A stretch of DNA of 64,000 bases, taken from assembly GCA_944369075.1 (NCBI GenBank), contig CALVXK010000006.1, positions 11,380 through 75,379 on the forward strand, read 5' to 3'. Under the pieces are notes generated by a model, which made no database searches, was not told where the DNA came from, and saw nothing but the letters and a program-made list of their open reading frames with translations. Positions within the stretch are counted from its first letter, which is position 1. Every line of letters begins with the position of its first letter. The DNA is from an uncultured Bacilli bacterium (GTDB taxonomy: Bacteria; Bacillota_I; Bacilli_A; RFN20; CAG-826). The position numbers and the translations under genes are program-made. This document shows positions 9,578 to 19,127 of this stretch, piece after piece.

Positions 9578-10693
9578 TTAATATGTTCTAACAGGGGTAA
9601 TTAATTGAACACAATTTTCATCATTTTTATTAGTTACTGTAAATGGTTTCATTTCCCCAAGGAAAGAAAGTAAAATATCTTGGCATTTAAGAGCTTTTAT
9701 AGCTTGAGAAACATAATTGACGTTAAATGAAATCTCAAGTCTTCCACCATTATATTTGAAAAGTTGAAGTACTTCTTTAGCATCACCGATTTCTTGAGAT
9801 TTTGATGATAAAACAACTTCATCTTCAGTCATTGTAAGTTTTACAATATTTTCTCTATCTATAGAAAGTAAAACTATTCTATCTAACGCTTTTAAAAATT
9901 CATCTGAATTAACTTCTAAACGAAAATCAAAATTATGAGGAATGATATTTCTTGTGTTTGGATATTCGCCTGTTGTAATTGTGGAAATAATTACACAATT
10001 GATCATTTTGAATAATACTTTTCTATCAGAAATAAACATATCAATTGTTTCATCATCTTCGCTTAAAGTATGTACTACTTCATTGATATTTTTTTGATTT
10101 ATATTGACGATAAAACGTTCTTCGCTTTGATATGGTACAACTTTCTTTGCTAGTCTAGATCCATCAGTTGCAACAAAGGTAATTTTCTCTTCGTCATTTT
10201 CAATATTAACGCATTGTAAAATAGCTCTAGCTTTTATAGAACATGCAAATGATGTTTGGTTTATAGCGTCAACAAAATCGTTTTTATTTAAAGCAATATG
10301 GACTCCTTCTTCTGAGAAATCTAATTCACGATATTCTTCTGCACGAGTTACATTTAAGTTAAACATAGATTTTGTATTCCGAATCTTAGCTATTGAATTA
10401 TCTTCAATAGAAATCGAAACTTCGTTATCATCCATTCTACGAATAACTTCAGTAAACATTTTTGCATTAAGTAAAATAGAGCCAGGTAAAACATCCCTAA
10501 ATAAAGCTCTATCATTTTTATAACGAGGAACTATTGTTTTAATAGTTAATTCTCCATTAGAACCAGTAACTTCTAATTTATCTTCGAAAAGATCAAGCTT
10601 TAAATTATTAAGTACTTGATCTGTACCTCTTGCTACTTTAGAAGAATTGAGTAATGCCTTAAGTAATTCATTTCTATCAATTGTTAATTTCAT
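9578..10693 (-). CDS. dnaN: DNA polymerase III beta sliding clamp
   Basis: 371 aa. The sequence is recognisable as a clamp (MKLTIDRNELLKAL..., three-domain length) and lies directly downstream of dnaA. Confidence 0.93.
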   Translation of the reverse strand: MKLTIDRNELLKALLNSSKVARGTDQVLNNLKLDLFEDKLEVTGSNGELTIKTIVPRYKNDRALFRDVLPGSILLNAKMFTEVIRRMDDNEVSISIEDNSIAKIRNTKSMFNLNVTRAEEYRELDFSEEGVHIALNKNDFVDAINQTSFACSIKARAILQCVNIENDEEKITFVATDGSRLAKKVVPYQSEERFIVNINQKNINEVVHTLSEDDETIDMFISDRKVLFKMINCVIISTITTGEYPNTRNIIPHNFDFRLEVNSDEFLKALDRIVLLSIDRENIVKLTMTEDEVVLSSKSQEIGDAKEVLQLFKYNGGRLEISFNVNYVSQAIKALKCQDILLSFLGEMKPFTVTNKNDENCVQLITPVRTY

Positions 10694-10708
10694 AATATTA
10701 ATTACCTC

Positions 10709-10770
10709 TTTTTTATATTTATTTATATATTAATAATAATGTTTGTGGAAAGTGTGTATTTTGTGGATAA
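10709..10770. promoter_or_regulatory. oriC part 2 (dnaA-dnaN spacer): DnaA boxes, a TAA-trio run and an AT-rich putative unwinding element
   Basis: TGTGGATAA at 10762-10770 is the reverse complement of a perfect TTATCCACA box. TGTGGAAAG at 10744-10752 matches 7 of 9 positions. TAATAATAAT at 10731-10740 directly abuts the boxes. A run of almost pure A/T spans 10709-10740. Confidence 0.6.
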
Positions 10771-10811
10771 CTTTTTTATCAAGAAATATTCTACTATAAT
10801 TTTTTCGATAT

Positions 10812-12182
10812 TTATCCATTTATTTTTGTTCTAAGAGAAGAAATAACATTTCCTAACTGTGTATCAGTTTTCAACATATTATCCACTTTAGCAATAGAGT
10901 GCATAACAGTAGTGTGATCTCTATTAGAGAAAATTTTACCTATTTCCATTAACGGAGTATCAAGAATTGTTCTAATTAGATACATTGCAATCTGTCTAGC
11001 TACAGCAACTTGATTCTTTCTTGAACTTCCTTTAATTTGTTCTATCGAAATTGAATAATAATCTGATACAGCATGAAGAATCCTGTTGGAATCAACTTGA
11101 ATATTTTTGTCAATTCTAATATTAGTTAGACCTAAAGCTTCAGTTAGATAATTTAAATCAATAATACCTTTATAATCATTGATTGTAGTATAGAAAGTTA
11201 GTCGAGTTAATATACCTTCAAGTTGTCTAATAGAAGAAGAATAGTTTTCAGAAATATAATCTAAAGCTTCATCAGAAAAATCAGATGTCTTCATTGATGA
11301 AAACTCGATTTTCTTCAATAAAATTTCTTTACACGTGGCAAAATTTGGTTTAGAAATTACAACAGATAACCCTGAAAGAAAACGCGTAATTAAACGATTA
11401 GGAATACCATCTAATTCGTTTTGAGGCCTATCTGAAGTAAGAACAACTTGCTTATTATTTCTTATAAAATAAGAATAAACTTCAAAGAAATAATCTAGAG
11501 TTTTTTCTTTACCACGTAATTGTTGAATATCGTCAATTAATAAAACGTCTATATTTTTTAAATAATCGGTTAAATTTAAATTATTTGATACATTTTTAGT
11601 AAAAGCTATATATTCATCAAAAAAAGATTGAGAAGTAGTATATAGAATTTTCTTTTCGGGATAAGATTCCTTTATTTGATGAGCTATAGCGTGTAGTAAA
11701 TGAGTTTTTCCAAGTCCAGAATCACCCTGAATGTATAAAGGGTTATACATAGTTCCTGGATTAGAAGCAACCATTAATGAAGCTTTTCTAGCTTCTTTGT
11801 TAGAAGGTCCTTCGATGAATTTTTCAAACGTAAATGAAGGATCTAGTTTTGATGATTTAAAATAAACCGGGTCTGATTCTTTGATGATTTGTTCTTTAGT
11901 TTTAACTTTAAGTTCACTTAAAGGTACAAAAACAAGATCAAAATCTGTTCCAGTGATTTTAGCAAGATTTGCTAAAAATAAATCTTTGAAATTGTTTTTT
12001 AAAATATTAGTACCAGCAGCAGATTCACACCCCACAATAATTTTGTTTCCTTCAACAGATGAGATAAATGTTTTTTTAAAGTAAGCGTTAAATAACTGAT
12101 TCGAAACTTTATTTGAATCTTTGATAGAGTTCAAAACTTTATCCCATATGTTTCTTTGTGTATTTGCATCGCCAATTTTCAT
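10812..12182 (-). CDS. dnaA: chromosomal replication initiator DnaA
   Basis: 456 aa with AAA+ Walker A GDSGLGKTHLLHA, Walker B LLIDDIQ and the C-terminal DNA-binding signature (RDHTTVMHS). Confidence 0.97.
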   Translation of the reverse strand: MKIGDANTQRNIWDKVLNSIKDSNKVSNQLFNAYFKKTFISSVEGNKIIVGCESAAGTNILKNNFKDLFLANLAKITGTDFDLVFVPLSELKVKTKEQIIKESDPVYFKSSKLDPSFTFEKFIEGPSNKEARKASLMVASNPGTMYNPLYIQGDSGLGKTHLLHAIAHQIKESYPEKKILYTTSQSFFDEYIAFTKNVSNNLNLTDYLKNIDVLLIDDIQQLRGKEKTLDYFFEVYSYFIRNNKQVVLTSDRPQNELDGIPNRLITRFLSGLSVVISKPNFATCKEILLKKIEFSSMKTSDFSDEALDYISENYSSSIRQLEGILTRLTFYTTINDYKGIIDLNYLTEALGLTNIRIDKNIQVDSNRILHAVSDYYSISIEQIKGSSRKNQVAVARQIAMYLIRTILDTPLMEIGKIFSNRDHTTVMHSIAKVDNMLKTDTQLGNVISSLRTKING

Positions 12183-12262
12183 AAGTTACTAAATCCTAAA
12201 ATTTAAATAATATTTTATCAAAAAAATGATTTATTAAAAGTTAAAAATAATCTCAAAATTTG

Positions 12263-12459
12263 TTTTCCACAATAAATTAGCCTAAAAGATAGAATATTGT
12301 CCTATTTTTAGGGTTTTCAACAACTTTTAATGTGGAAAACTTGTGTAAAACTTTCTTCTAACAAGTTATACACAATTAAAATTAATAAAAATTATACACA
12401 TTTTTAGTTTATCCACATCGAATTTTAAGATAATAATCGCAATATTTGAATTATGCACA
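12263..12459. promoter_or_regulatory. oriC part 1 (dnaA-rpmH spacer): cluster of seven DnaA boxes
   Basis: The boxes are TTTTCCACA 12263-12271, TGTGGAAAA 12331-12339 (reverse complement), TGTGTAAAA 12342-12350 (reverse complement), TTATACACA 12366-12374, TTATACACA 12392-12400, perfect TTATCCACA 12409-12417 and TTATGCACA 12451-12459. Gene strand polarity switches here. Confidence 0.8.
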
Positions 12460-12616
12460 ATAAATGCAAAACATATTTATAAAATTAAATATAAAAAAAG
12501 GCCTACTAAAAATAAACTAATACTTTTAAAATAACCTTTGTTTTATCGACAAAATTAAACTATAATATCAAAACCCATAAGAGAGGTTTATAATCTTTTT
12601 TTGTGGCTTTATTAGT

Positions 12617-12646
12617 TTGACATATATGTATAAATACATATATAAT
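12617..12646 (+). promoter_or_regulatory. sigma-A type promoter of the rpmH-rnpA-yidC-jag operon
   Basis: TTGACA (12617-12622), an 18-nt spacer, then TATAAT (12641-12646). It lies 30 nt upstream of the rpmH ATG, which has a GAGGAG Shine-Dalgarno site. Confidence 0.6.
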
Positions 12647-12675
12647 TTCAAAGAAACGAGAGGAGAAACTATTTT

Positions 12676-12816
12676 ATGAAAAGAACATACCAACCAAGTA
12701 AATTACACAAGATGAGAACACACGGCTTTAGAGCAAGAATGTCCACTCCAAATGGTAGAAAAGTTTTAGCTAGAAGAAGAGCTAAAGGAAGAAAACAATT
12801 AACTGTTTCTTTATAA
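12676..12816 (+). CDS. rpmH: 50S ribosomal protein L34
   Basis: My own translation gives [46 protein letters not shown] (46 aa). It is below the ORF-track size cutoff. The TAATG overlap links it to rnpA. Confidence 0.95.
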   Translation: MKRTYQPSKLHKMRTHGFRARMSTPNGRKVLARRRAKGRKQLTVSL

Positions 12817-13160
12817 TGAAAAAAATAAACGTAATAAAAAAATATAGAGAATATAAAGAACTATTTAATTTAAGAAAATTTAAAAGAAATAACTTATTTA
12901 CTATCTATTTTAGAAAAAATAACTATAACATAACACGAGTTGGTTTATCGGTTAGTAAGAAAAACGGTAACGCCGTTACAAGAAATAAAATTAAAAGACA
13001 AGTTAGAAATATTCTTGATAAAAAGTTAACTTATAAAGAAAACTACGATTTAGTAATTGTTATTTCTTATAAATACAATATTAACGAATATTCAAAAAAC
13101 GAAGATTCATTAATTAAATTATTAAATACATTATTTAGTTTAGGTGCAAATAATGAATAA
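12816..13160 (+). CDS. rnpA: ribonuclease P protein component
   Basis: 114 aa, basic, with the RNase P motif region (VGLSVSKKNGNAVTRNKIKRQVR). It follows rpmH. Confidence 0.9.
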   Translation: MKKINVIKKYREYKELFNLRKFKRNNLFTIYFRKNNYNITRVGLSVSKKNGNAVTRNKIKRQVRNILDKKLTYKENYDLVIVISYKYNINEYSKNEDSLIKLLNTLFSLGANNE

Positions 13161-14964
13161 AAAACTTAAAAATACATTAGTAGTGGTAGGAGGAGTAGTT
13201 ACAACATTTATCTTAGCATCATGTAACTCCTTTTGTAGTGCTTCAGATACTTCTAATTTTAGATATATTTATGATCCTATCAACACTACCTTCTATACCT
13301 CTAAAGAAGATGCTTATAACGATATTTTATTAGATTTTAGAAACGCAACTGGTTTAAGTGAAGATGTTGTAAATTTAGACACCATCTCTTTTGTTTATGG
13401 TGAAAAAGAAGATGACGTTATTAAATATAGTGAAAATCAAACTGAATTCGAAGAAAAACTATTTACAACATATAACGACAATTTAATTTCTGTTAATCCA
13501 GGTAAAATTGAAGTTGAAACAAAAGTTAATGAAGATGATTTAGAACTTACAACATATTCAGGTTTTGTTGGTTTAAACGAATTAAATGTTACATTAATTA
13601 ATAATGCAACAACCGGAAATTATGTTATCCCAAGTTATGATTTCTTTAAGGAACTTGATAGATTAACATTAACTAAGATTGTTGAAACAGCAAATAGCGA
13701 TAACACTATTGTTGATCAAGTTATTAACGCAGATTTTTCAAATCTTACTTTTGATACATTATATGGATATAGTGCAGAAGAACTAAGAACATATAATTCT
13801 TTAGAAAATGGTGATGAAAAGAATGAATTACTTGAAACCATGCAAACGGAAAGAGAAGAAAAATCTATTTTAGCAAACTATGGTTATGTTAAACATTATT
13901 CTGTTACAACTGACGAAAATGGAAATGAAACAGTCGATTATTATAAAAATATTAATGACTGGAATAACGAAATTGCTAATAATTTAGGTTCAAATACCGG
14001 AATGTCAGTTAATTTCTTTAATGCTTATAAATCTCAACTTGATGCAAGAGTTGCTAATGTTAGAACATGTATTACAGTTAATGATGGATTCTATGGTAAT
14101 TTGACTACAGATCCACTTAATAATACCGTTAAAATTGAAGGAAAAGCTGAAGATTTCTATCAAGGATGGGGTGATGCTTTTACTCAACACGGATTCCTGG
14201 AAGGTTTATTAGTATATCCAATTGCAGTCGGGGTTGAAAATCTGGCTCATGCTTTAGGTATGAATGGTTGGGGACAAGTTGGTGCTGTCTTAATTATGAC
14301 TATTTTAGTTAGAGCATTATTTATGCTTGTTACTTTACCATCAACTATTTCTCAACAAAAAATGACATATTTACAACCTGAGCTTGCAAAGTTGCAACAA
14401 AAATATCCAAATGCACAAACAAATCAATACGATAAAGAACGTTTAACACAAGCTCAAATGGCTTTATATAAGAAGAATAAAGTCCATCCTTTCTCAATGT
14501 TTATAGTAATGATTATTCAATTCCCACTTTTCATTTGTGTTTGGAATGCCTTACAAGGAAGTGCTTCGCTTTCAACTGATGCGGTTTTAGGGTTAAATCT
14601 TTCTGACTCAATTTGGTCCACGTTAACTAACTTTAATGGATGGCCAGGATTTGCTGGATGGTGGACTGCCTTAGGATTAATTATTTTAATGAGTGCTGCA
14701 CAAATTGTATCAATGTTACTTCCTAATATTTTAAGTAAGATTAGAACAAAAAATATTGCTAAAACAGTTAAATCAGAGACTGCTGAAAAATCTCAAAAGA
14801 CTCAAAAATGGGTCCAATGGGGTATGACTATTTTCATTATTATTATGGGCTTTAGCTTACCAGCAGCTATGGGTGTTTACTGGTTTGCCGGTGCAATATT
14901 CTCTGTTATTCAAACTTTAATTATTCACTTTGTATTTATGCATAAAAAAGGAGTAAAACACTAG
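13153..14964 (+). CDS. yidC: YidC/SpoIIIJ-family membrane insertase, lipoprotein form with a long N-terminal extracytoplasmic domain
   Basis: The signal peptide and lipobox read FILASC. The conserved core runs from about aa 376 (ILVRALFMLVTLPSTISQQKM...LQPELAKLQQKY...HPFSM). I prefer the ATG at 13153 (MNKKLKN) over the track's GTG at 13144. Confidence 0.88.
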   Translation: MNKKLKNTLVVVGGVVTTFILASCNSFCSASDTSNFRYIYDPINTTFYTSKEDAYNDILLDFRNATGLSEDVVNLDTISFVYGEKEDDVIKYSENQTEFEEKLFTTYNDNLISVNPGKIEVETKVNEDDLELTTYSGFVGLNELNVTLINNATTGNYVIPSYDFFKELDRLTLTKIVETANSDNTIVDQVINADFSNLTFDTLYGYSAEELRTYNSLENGDEKNELLETMQTEREEKSILANYGYVKHYSVTTDENGNETVDYYKNINDWNNEIANNLGSNTGMSVNFFNAYKSQLDARVANVRTCITVNDGFYGNLTTDPLNNTVKIEGKAEDFYQGWGDAFTQHGFLEGLLVYPIAVGVENLAHALGMNGWGQVGAVLIMTILVRALFMLVTLPSTISQQKMTYLQPELAKLQQKYPNAQTNQYDKERLTQAQMALYKKNKVHPFSMFIVMIIQFPLFICVWNALQGSASLSTDAVLGLNLSDSIWSTLTNFNGWPGFAGWWTALGLIILMSAAQIVSMLLPNILSKIRTKNIAKTVKSETAEKSQKTQKWVQWGMTIFIIIMGFSLPAAMGVYWFAGAIFSVIQTLIIHFVFMHKKGVKH

Positions 14965-14967
14965 TTT

Positions 14968-15639
14968 ATGAAAACAATTACAGCTAAAACTTTGGAACTT
15001 GCTATTGATCAAGCTTCTGAAGAACTCGGCGTTGCCAAAGAAGAACTCTTATATGAAGTTTTAGAAGAAAAGAAAGGTCTATTTTCAAAAAAAGTAGTCG
15101 TTGCTTTCTATGATACTGCTGATGTTATTGAATTTGCTCAAAAATATATTTCAAACATCATTCATGAAGGTTTAGGACTAGATGTATCTTTAAAAGCTTT
15201 CTATAGAAATGGTTTAATTAAAATTTTAATTGAAACTGATCATAACTCCCTTTTAATTGGCAGAAATGGTCAAACATTACAAGCTTTAAATGAATTAGTA
15301 AAACTTGCAATATCTTCTAAATTTAAGAGAAAATTCAGAATTTTATTAGATATTGGTGATTATAAAGATAAAAAATACAATCGTGTAATTGCTGTTGCAA
15401 AACGTGCTGCTTCACAAGTATTAAAAACTCATCTTGATATTAAACTTGAAGCTATGACACCAGATGAAAGAAAAAAGGTTCATACTGCCTTAGCCTCATG
15501 GAAAAATATTAAAACTGAATCTGTTGGTGATGGAAAAGATAGAGCAATTGTTGTTAAATACGTAGGAACTAATACTCCTAATACTAACATTCCACCGCAA
15601 AAAGAAACACAAGTAGAAGGACAAGTTGAAGGAGAATAA
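14968..15639 (+). CDS. khpB: Jag/KhpB RNA-binding protein (Jag_N, KH and R3H domains)
   Basis: 223 aa with a KH-like region (LLIGRNGQTLQALNELV) and an R3H region (MTPDERKKVHTAL). It occupies the canonical yidC-jag position. Confidence 0.85.
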   Translation: MKTITAKTLELAIDQASEELGVAKEELLYEVLEEKKGLFSKKVVVAFYDTADVIEFAQKYISNIIHEGLGLDVSLKAFYRNGLIKILIETDHNSLLIGRNGQTLQALNELVKLAISSKFKRKFRILLDIGDYKDKKYNRVIAVAKRAASQVLKTHLDIKLEAMTPDERKKVHTALASWKNIKTESVGDGKDRAIVVKYVGTNTPNTNIPPQKETQVEGQVEGE

Positions 15640-15652
15640 TTCTCCTTCTTTT
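15628..15652 (+). terminator. intrinsic terminator after jag
   Basis: GAAGGAGAA-taa-TTCTCCTTC (a 9-bp stem with the jag stop codon in the loop) followed by TTTT. Confidence 0.5.
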
Positions 15653-15663
15653 GTTATTTAAAT

Positions 15664-16986
15664 ATGTTAGAAACCATTGTTGCTCTTGCTACGCCTCCAA
15701 TTAGAAGTGCTCTTGCAATTGTTCGTTTTTCAGGAGAAGATTGTTTTAAAATTGTTTCAAAATTCTTTTCTAAACAAATTGATGTTACAAAGTCTACCAT
15801 CATGCATGGTTTTGTAATGGATGGAAATACAAAAATCGATGAAGTAGTCTTACTTGCTTATAAAGGACCAAGAAGTTTTACCGGCGAAGATAGTGTTGAA
15901 ATTATTTGCCATGGAAGTCCTGTTATTTTTAATCAAATAATAGAATTAGCTTTAAAAAACGGTGCTCGTCTTGCTACTGGAGGCGAATATACGTCTAGAG
16001 CTTTTATGAATAATAAGCTTGATTTAATTCAAGCTGAATCGATTAACGATTTAATTAATGCGGAAACAAAAGAGGCTAAAAATATAGCCTTAATGTCTTT
16101 AGACGGTTCAACTTCAAAATTAATTTCACCTATTAAAGAAGACATAGGATATCTTTTATCTTTGATTGAAGTAAATATTGATTACCCCGAATATGAAGAT
16201 TTAGAAGAAGCAAATATTGAAAAAATTAAAGATATAATGAAGAAAAATATTAAATATATAGAATCTTTAATTTCAGATGGAAATAAAGGAAGAATTATTA
16301 GAGATGGCATCAATATTGCAATCGTTGGTAAACCAAACGTTGGAAAATCTTCAATTTTAAATGCCTTATTAAATGAGGATAAAGCAATTGTTTCTTCTTA
16401 TAAAGGTACAACAAGAGATGTTGTTGAGGGAAAATTTATATTAAATGGCGTTTTAATTAATTTATTTGACACTGCAGGAATTAGAGAAAGTGATGACTAT
16501 GTTGAAGGAATTGGTATTACTAAATCAATTGATAAATTAAATAAAGCCGATATTGTTATCGCTGTATTTGATTCTATGGACTTAGATGAAGAAGATAAAA
16601 AGATTTTAGATTTAATTAAAAATAAAGATACAATCATTGTATATAATAAATCTGATATTAATGAATATAATAATCATGATTGCATCGTTACAAGTGCTAT
16701 AAATAAAGATGTTGAATCATTAAAACAAGCTATTTTAAAAAAGCTTAATTTAAGTAATGAAAATTACGTTAATCCTTCTATCTCTAGTACTAGAGAACTA
16801 GGAATATTAAAAAATATTAAAGAAATGATGACAAAAGTTTTTAATGACGCTAGTAATGGAATCTCAATTGATCTTCTTAGTGCTGATATAAAGGATATTT
16901 ATTTGTCTATTTTATCATTAACAGGAGAGGATCATGATTTTGACATTGCTAAAGAAATTTTCTCTAGATTTTGTGTAGGTAAATAA
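15664..16986 (+). CDS. mnmE: tRNA modification GTPase MnmE
   Basis: 440 aa with G-domain motifs GKPNVGKSS, DTAGIR and NKSD, and the C-terminal FCVGK motif. Confidence 0.95.
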   Translation: MLETIVALATPPIRSALAIVRFSGEDCFKIVSKFFSKQIDVTKSTIMHGFVMDGNTKIDEVVLLAYKGPRSFTGEDSVEIICHGSPVIFNQIIELALKNGARLATGGEYTSRAFMNNKLDLIQAESINDLINAETKEAKNIALMSLDGSTSKLISPIKEDIGYLLSLIEVNIDYPEYEDLEEANIEKIKDIMKKNIKYIESLISDGNKGRIIRDGINIAIVGKPNVGKSSILNALLNEDKAIVSSYKGTTRDVVEGKFILNGVLINLFDTAGIRESDDYVEGIGITKSIDKLNKADIVIAVFDSMDLDEEDKKILDLIKNKDTIIVYNKSDINEYNNHDCIVTSAINKDVESLKQAILKKLNLSNENYVNPSISSTRELGILKNIKEMMTKVFNDASNGISIDLLSADIKDIYLSILSLTGEDHDFDIAKEIFSRFCVGK

Positions 16987-16987
16987 T

Positions 16988-17773
16988 ATGATTTTTGATA
17001 CTCACATTCATTTAAATGATGAAAAAATATATGAAAAATTAGATTTTTATTTAACTGAAGCAGAAGAAGTTGGAGTCAAAAGTTTTCTTTGTGTTGGCTA
17101 CGATCTAGAATCGTCGATAAAAGCCATCGAAATAGCTAATAAATATAATAATGTTTATGCAGCTATCGGTTTTATTCCAACTGAGTGGAAGAAATGGACA
17201 CCAAATTCAATTTTATATTTAGAGGAATTAATCAAAAAATCTTCTAAAATTGTTGCTATTGGTGAAATTGGTTTAGATTATTATTGGGAGAAAGAAGAAA
17301 ATATTATACAAATTCAAAAAGAAATGTTTATTTCTCAAATAAATTTAGCAAATAAATATGATTTACCAATATCTATTCATTCAAGAGATTCAATTCAAGA
17401 TACTTTTAACATTTTAAAGAATAATCCATGTAATAATAGAGGTATTATGCATTGTTATTCTGGAAGCTTAGAGATGTCAAAAGAATTTACTAAACTAGGA
17501 TATAAAATAGCATTTGGTGGAGTTTTGACTTTTAAAAATACTATTGAAATTAAAAGAGTTTTAAAACATATTGATTTAAAAGATGTTGTTTTAGAAACGG
17601 ATGCTCCATATCTTTCTCCAGTTCCACATAGAGGAAAAATGAATGAACCAAAATTTATAGTAGATACAGCTAAATTTGCTGCTAATCTTCTGGAGATGAA
17701 TTTAGATGATTTTGAAAAAATAACATATCAAAATTCCTTAGATATTTTAAAATTGAATAAACATGAAAACTAA
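16988..17773 (+). CDS. tatD: TatD-family metal-dependent DNase/hydrolase
   Basis: 261 aa with the FDTHIHL, GEIGLDY, IHSRD, HCYSG and ETDAPYL motifs. Confidence 0.92.
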   Translation: MIFDTHIHLNDEKIYEKLDFYLTEAEEVGVKSFLCVGYDLESSIKAIEIANKYNNVYAAIGFIPTEWKKWTPNSILYLEELIKKSSKIVAIGEIGLDYYWEKEENIIQIQKEMFISQINLANKYDLPISIHSRDSIQDTFNILKNNPCNNRGIMHCYSGSLEMSKEFTKLGYKIAFGGVLTFKNTIEIKRVLKHIDLKDVVLETDAPYLSPVPHRGKMNEPKFIVDTAKFAANLLEMNLDDFEKITYQNSLDILKLNKHEN

Positions 17774-18308
17774 GATAGATGCTTTAATTGTTGTAGAAGG
17801 TAAGACTGATATTGATTTTTTATCTTCTTTTATAGACTCAAAGTTTTATAAAGTTAATGGCTCAGCCGTTAATAAAGAAGATTTTGATTTTATAAATGAA
17901 GTTTTAAAAAGCACTAGTGTGATAGTTCTAACTGATCCTGATTATCCTGGTATACAAATAAGAAATAAAATTAAAGAACATTGTCCAGGGGTCTTAGATG
18001 CTTTTGTAAGAAAAGAAGTGTCTATTAAAAAAGGTAAGGTTGGTGTGGCTGAATCAAATAAAAATGAAGTAATTTTAGCTTTAAAAAATGTTAAAAATTT
18101 TAATAAAAAAGAGAATTTATCATCAAATTTAACCTATCTTGATTTATTAGATTTAAATTTAGTTGGATTAAAATCAACAAAAAACAGGAATTTAATTACT
18201 AATTATTATCATATTGGTTATTCTAATGGCAAAAATTTGTTAAAAAAACTACAATTAATTGGTATAAATAAAGATGATTTGTTAAAGGTGCTTAAAAATG
18301 TTAAATAA
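17763..18308 (+). CDS. rnmV: ribonuclease M5 (Toprim domain)
   Basis: 181 aa with VVEGKTDIDFL and LTDPDYPG Toprim motifs. It lies upstream of rsmA, as in Bacillus. Confidence 0.88.
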   Translation: MKTKIDALIVVEGKTDIDFLSSFIDSKFYKVNGSAVNKEDFDFINEVLKSTSVIVLTDPDYPGIQIRNKIKEHCPGVLDAFVRKEVSIKKGKVGVAESNKNEVILALKNVKNFNKKENLSSNLTYLDLLDLNLVGLKSTKNRNLITNYYHIGYSNGKNLLKKLQLIGINKDDLLKVLKNVK

Positions 18309-19122
18309 AGATCAAATTAAAGATTTTTTTGCTTTAGAAAATTCACATGCAAAAAAAGAGTTAGGTCAAAACTTTCTTATAGATTTAGAAACAATTGATA
18401 ATATTGTTAACTCTTTAAATGTAATAAAAGGAGAACGAGTTTTAGAAATTGGTCCTGGTTTAGGCGCTTTAACTAATGAGTTAATTAAAAAAGATATTAA
18501 TTTAACTTGTGTAGAATATGATCAGAAATTTGTTAATTTTTTAAATAAATCGTATGAAAATTGTAAAAATTTAACAATCATTAAGAATAACATTTTACAC
18601 TTTAAAGATTTTTCTTTTAAAAAAGTTATTGGAAATCTTCCCTATTATATAACAACAGATATTCTTGAGTATATTTTTAAGAATTTTGAAAATCTTGAAG
18701 AAGCCGTCTTTATGGTTCAAAATGAGGCTCTCAATCGAATCTTAGCTCTTAGTGGAAAGGATTTTAATGCTATCAACGTTTTAATTGCTTATCGATACGA
18801 AATTGAAAAGTTATTTATAGTATCAAAAAATAATTTCTTCCCTATTCCTAATGTTGATAGTATTGTTTTTAGAATTAAAATTAAAGAAAATAGCGATTTT
18901 GATTTCTCATTGGCACTTTTAAAAGTCTCAAAAATATTATTTAAATTTAGAAGAAAAACAATCTATAATAATTTGAAAGTTATTGTAAATAACTCAAATG
19001 AACTGACATTACTTCTTGAAAAATGTGGATTATCTCCAAATTCAAGACCAGAACAACTAAAGATTGATGATTTTATAAAAATAACAAACGAATTAGTAGA
19101 AAATAAATTTATTAAGGATTAA
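18298..19122 (+). CDS. rsmA: 16S rRNA (adenine1518/1519-N6)-dimethyltransferase
   Basis: 274 aa with LGQNFLID, the SAM motif VLEIGPGLGALT, and NLPYYITT. Confidence 0.93.
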   Translation: MLNKDQIKDFFALENSHAKKELGQNFLIDLETIDNIVNSLNVIKGERVLEIGPGLGALTNELIKKDINLTCVEYDQKFVNFLNKSYENCKNLTIIKNNILHFKDFSFKKVIGNLPYYITTDILEYIFKNFENLEEAVFMVQNEALNRILALSGKDFNAINVLIAYRYEIEKLFIVSKNNFFPIPNVDSIVFRIKIKENSDFDFSLALLKVSKILFKFRRKTIYNNLKVIVNNSNELTLLLEKCGLSPNSRPEQLKIDDFIKITNELVENKFIKD

Positions 19123-19127
19123 CGACT

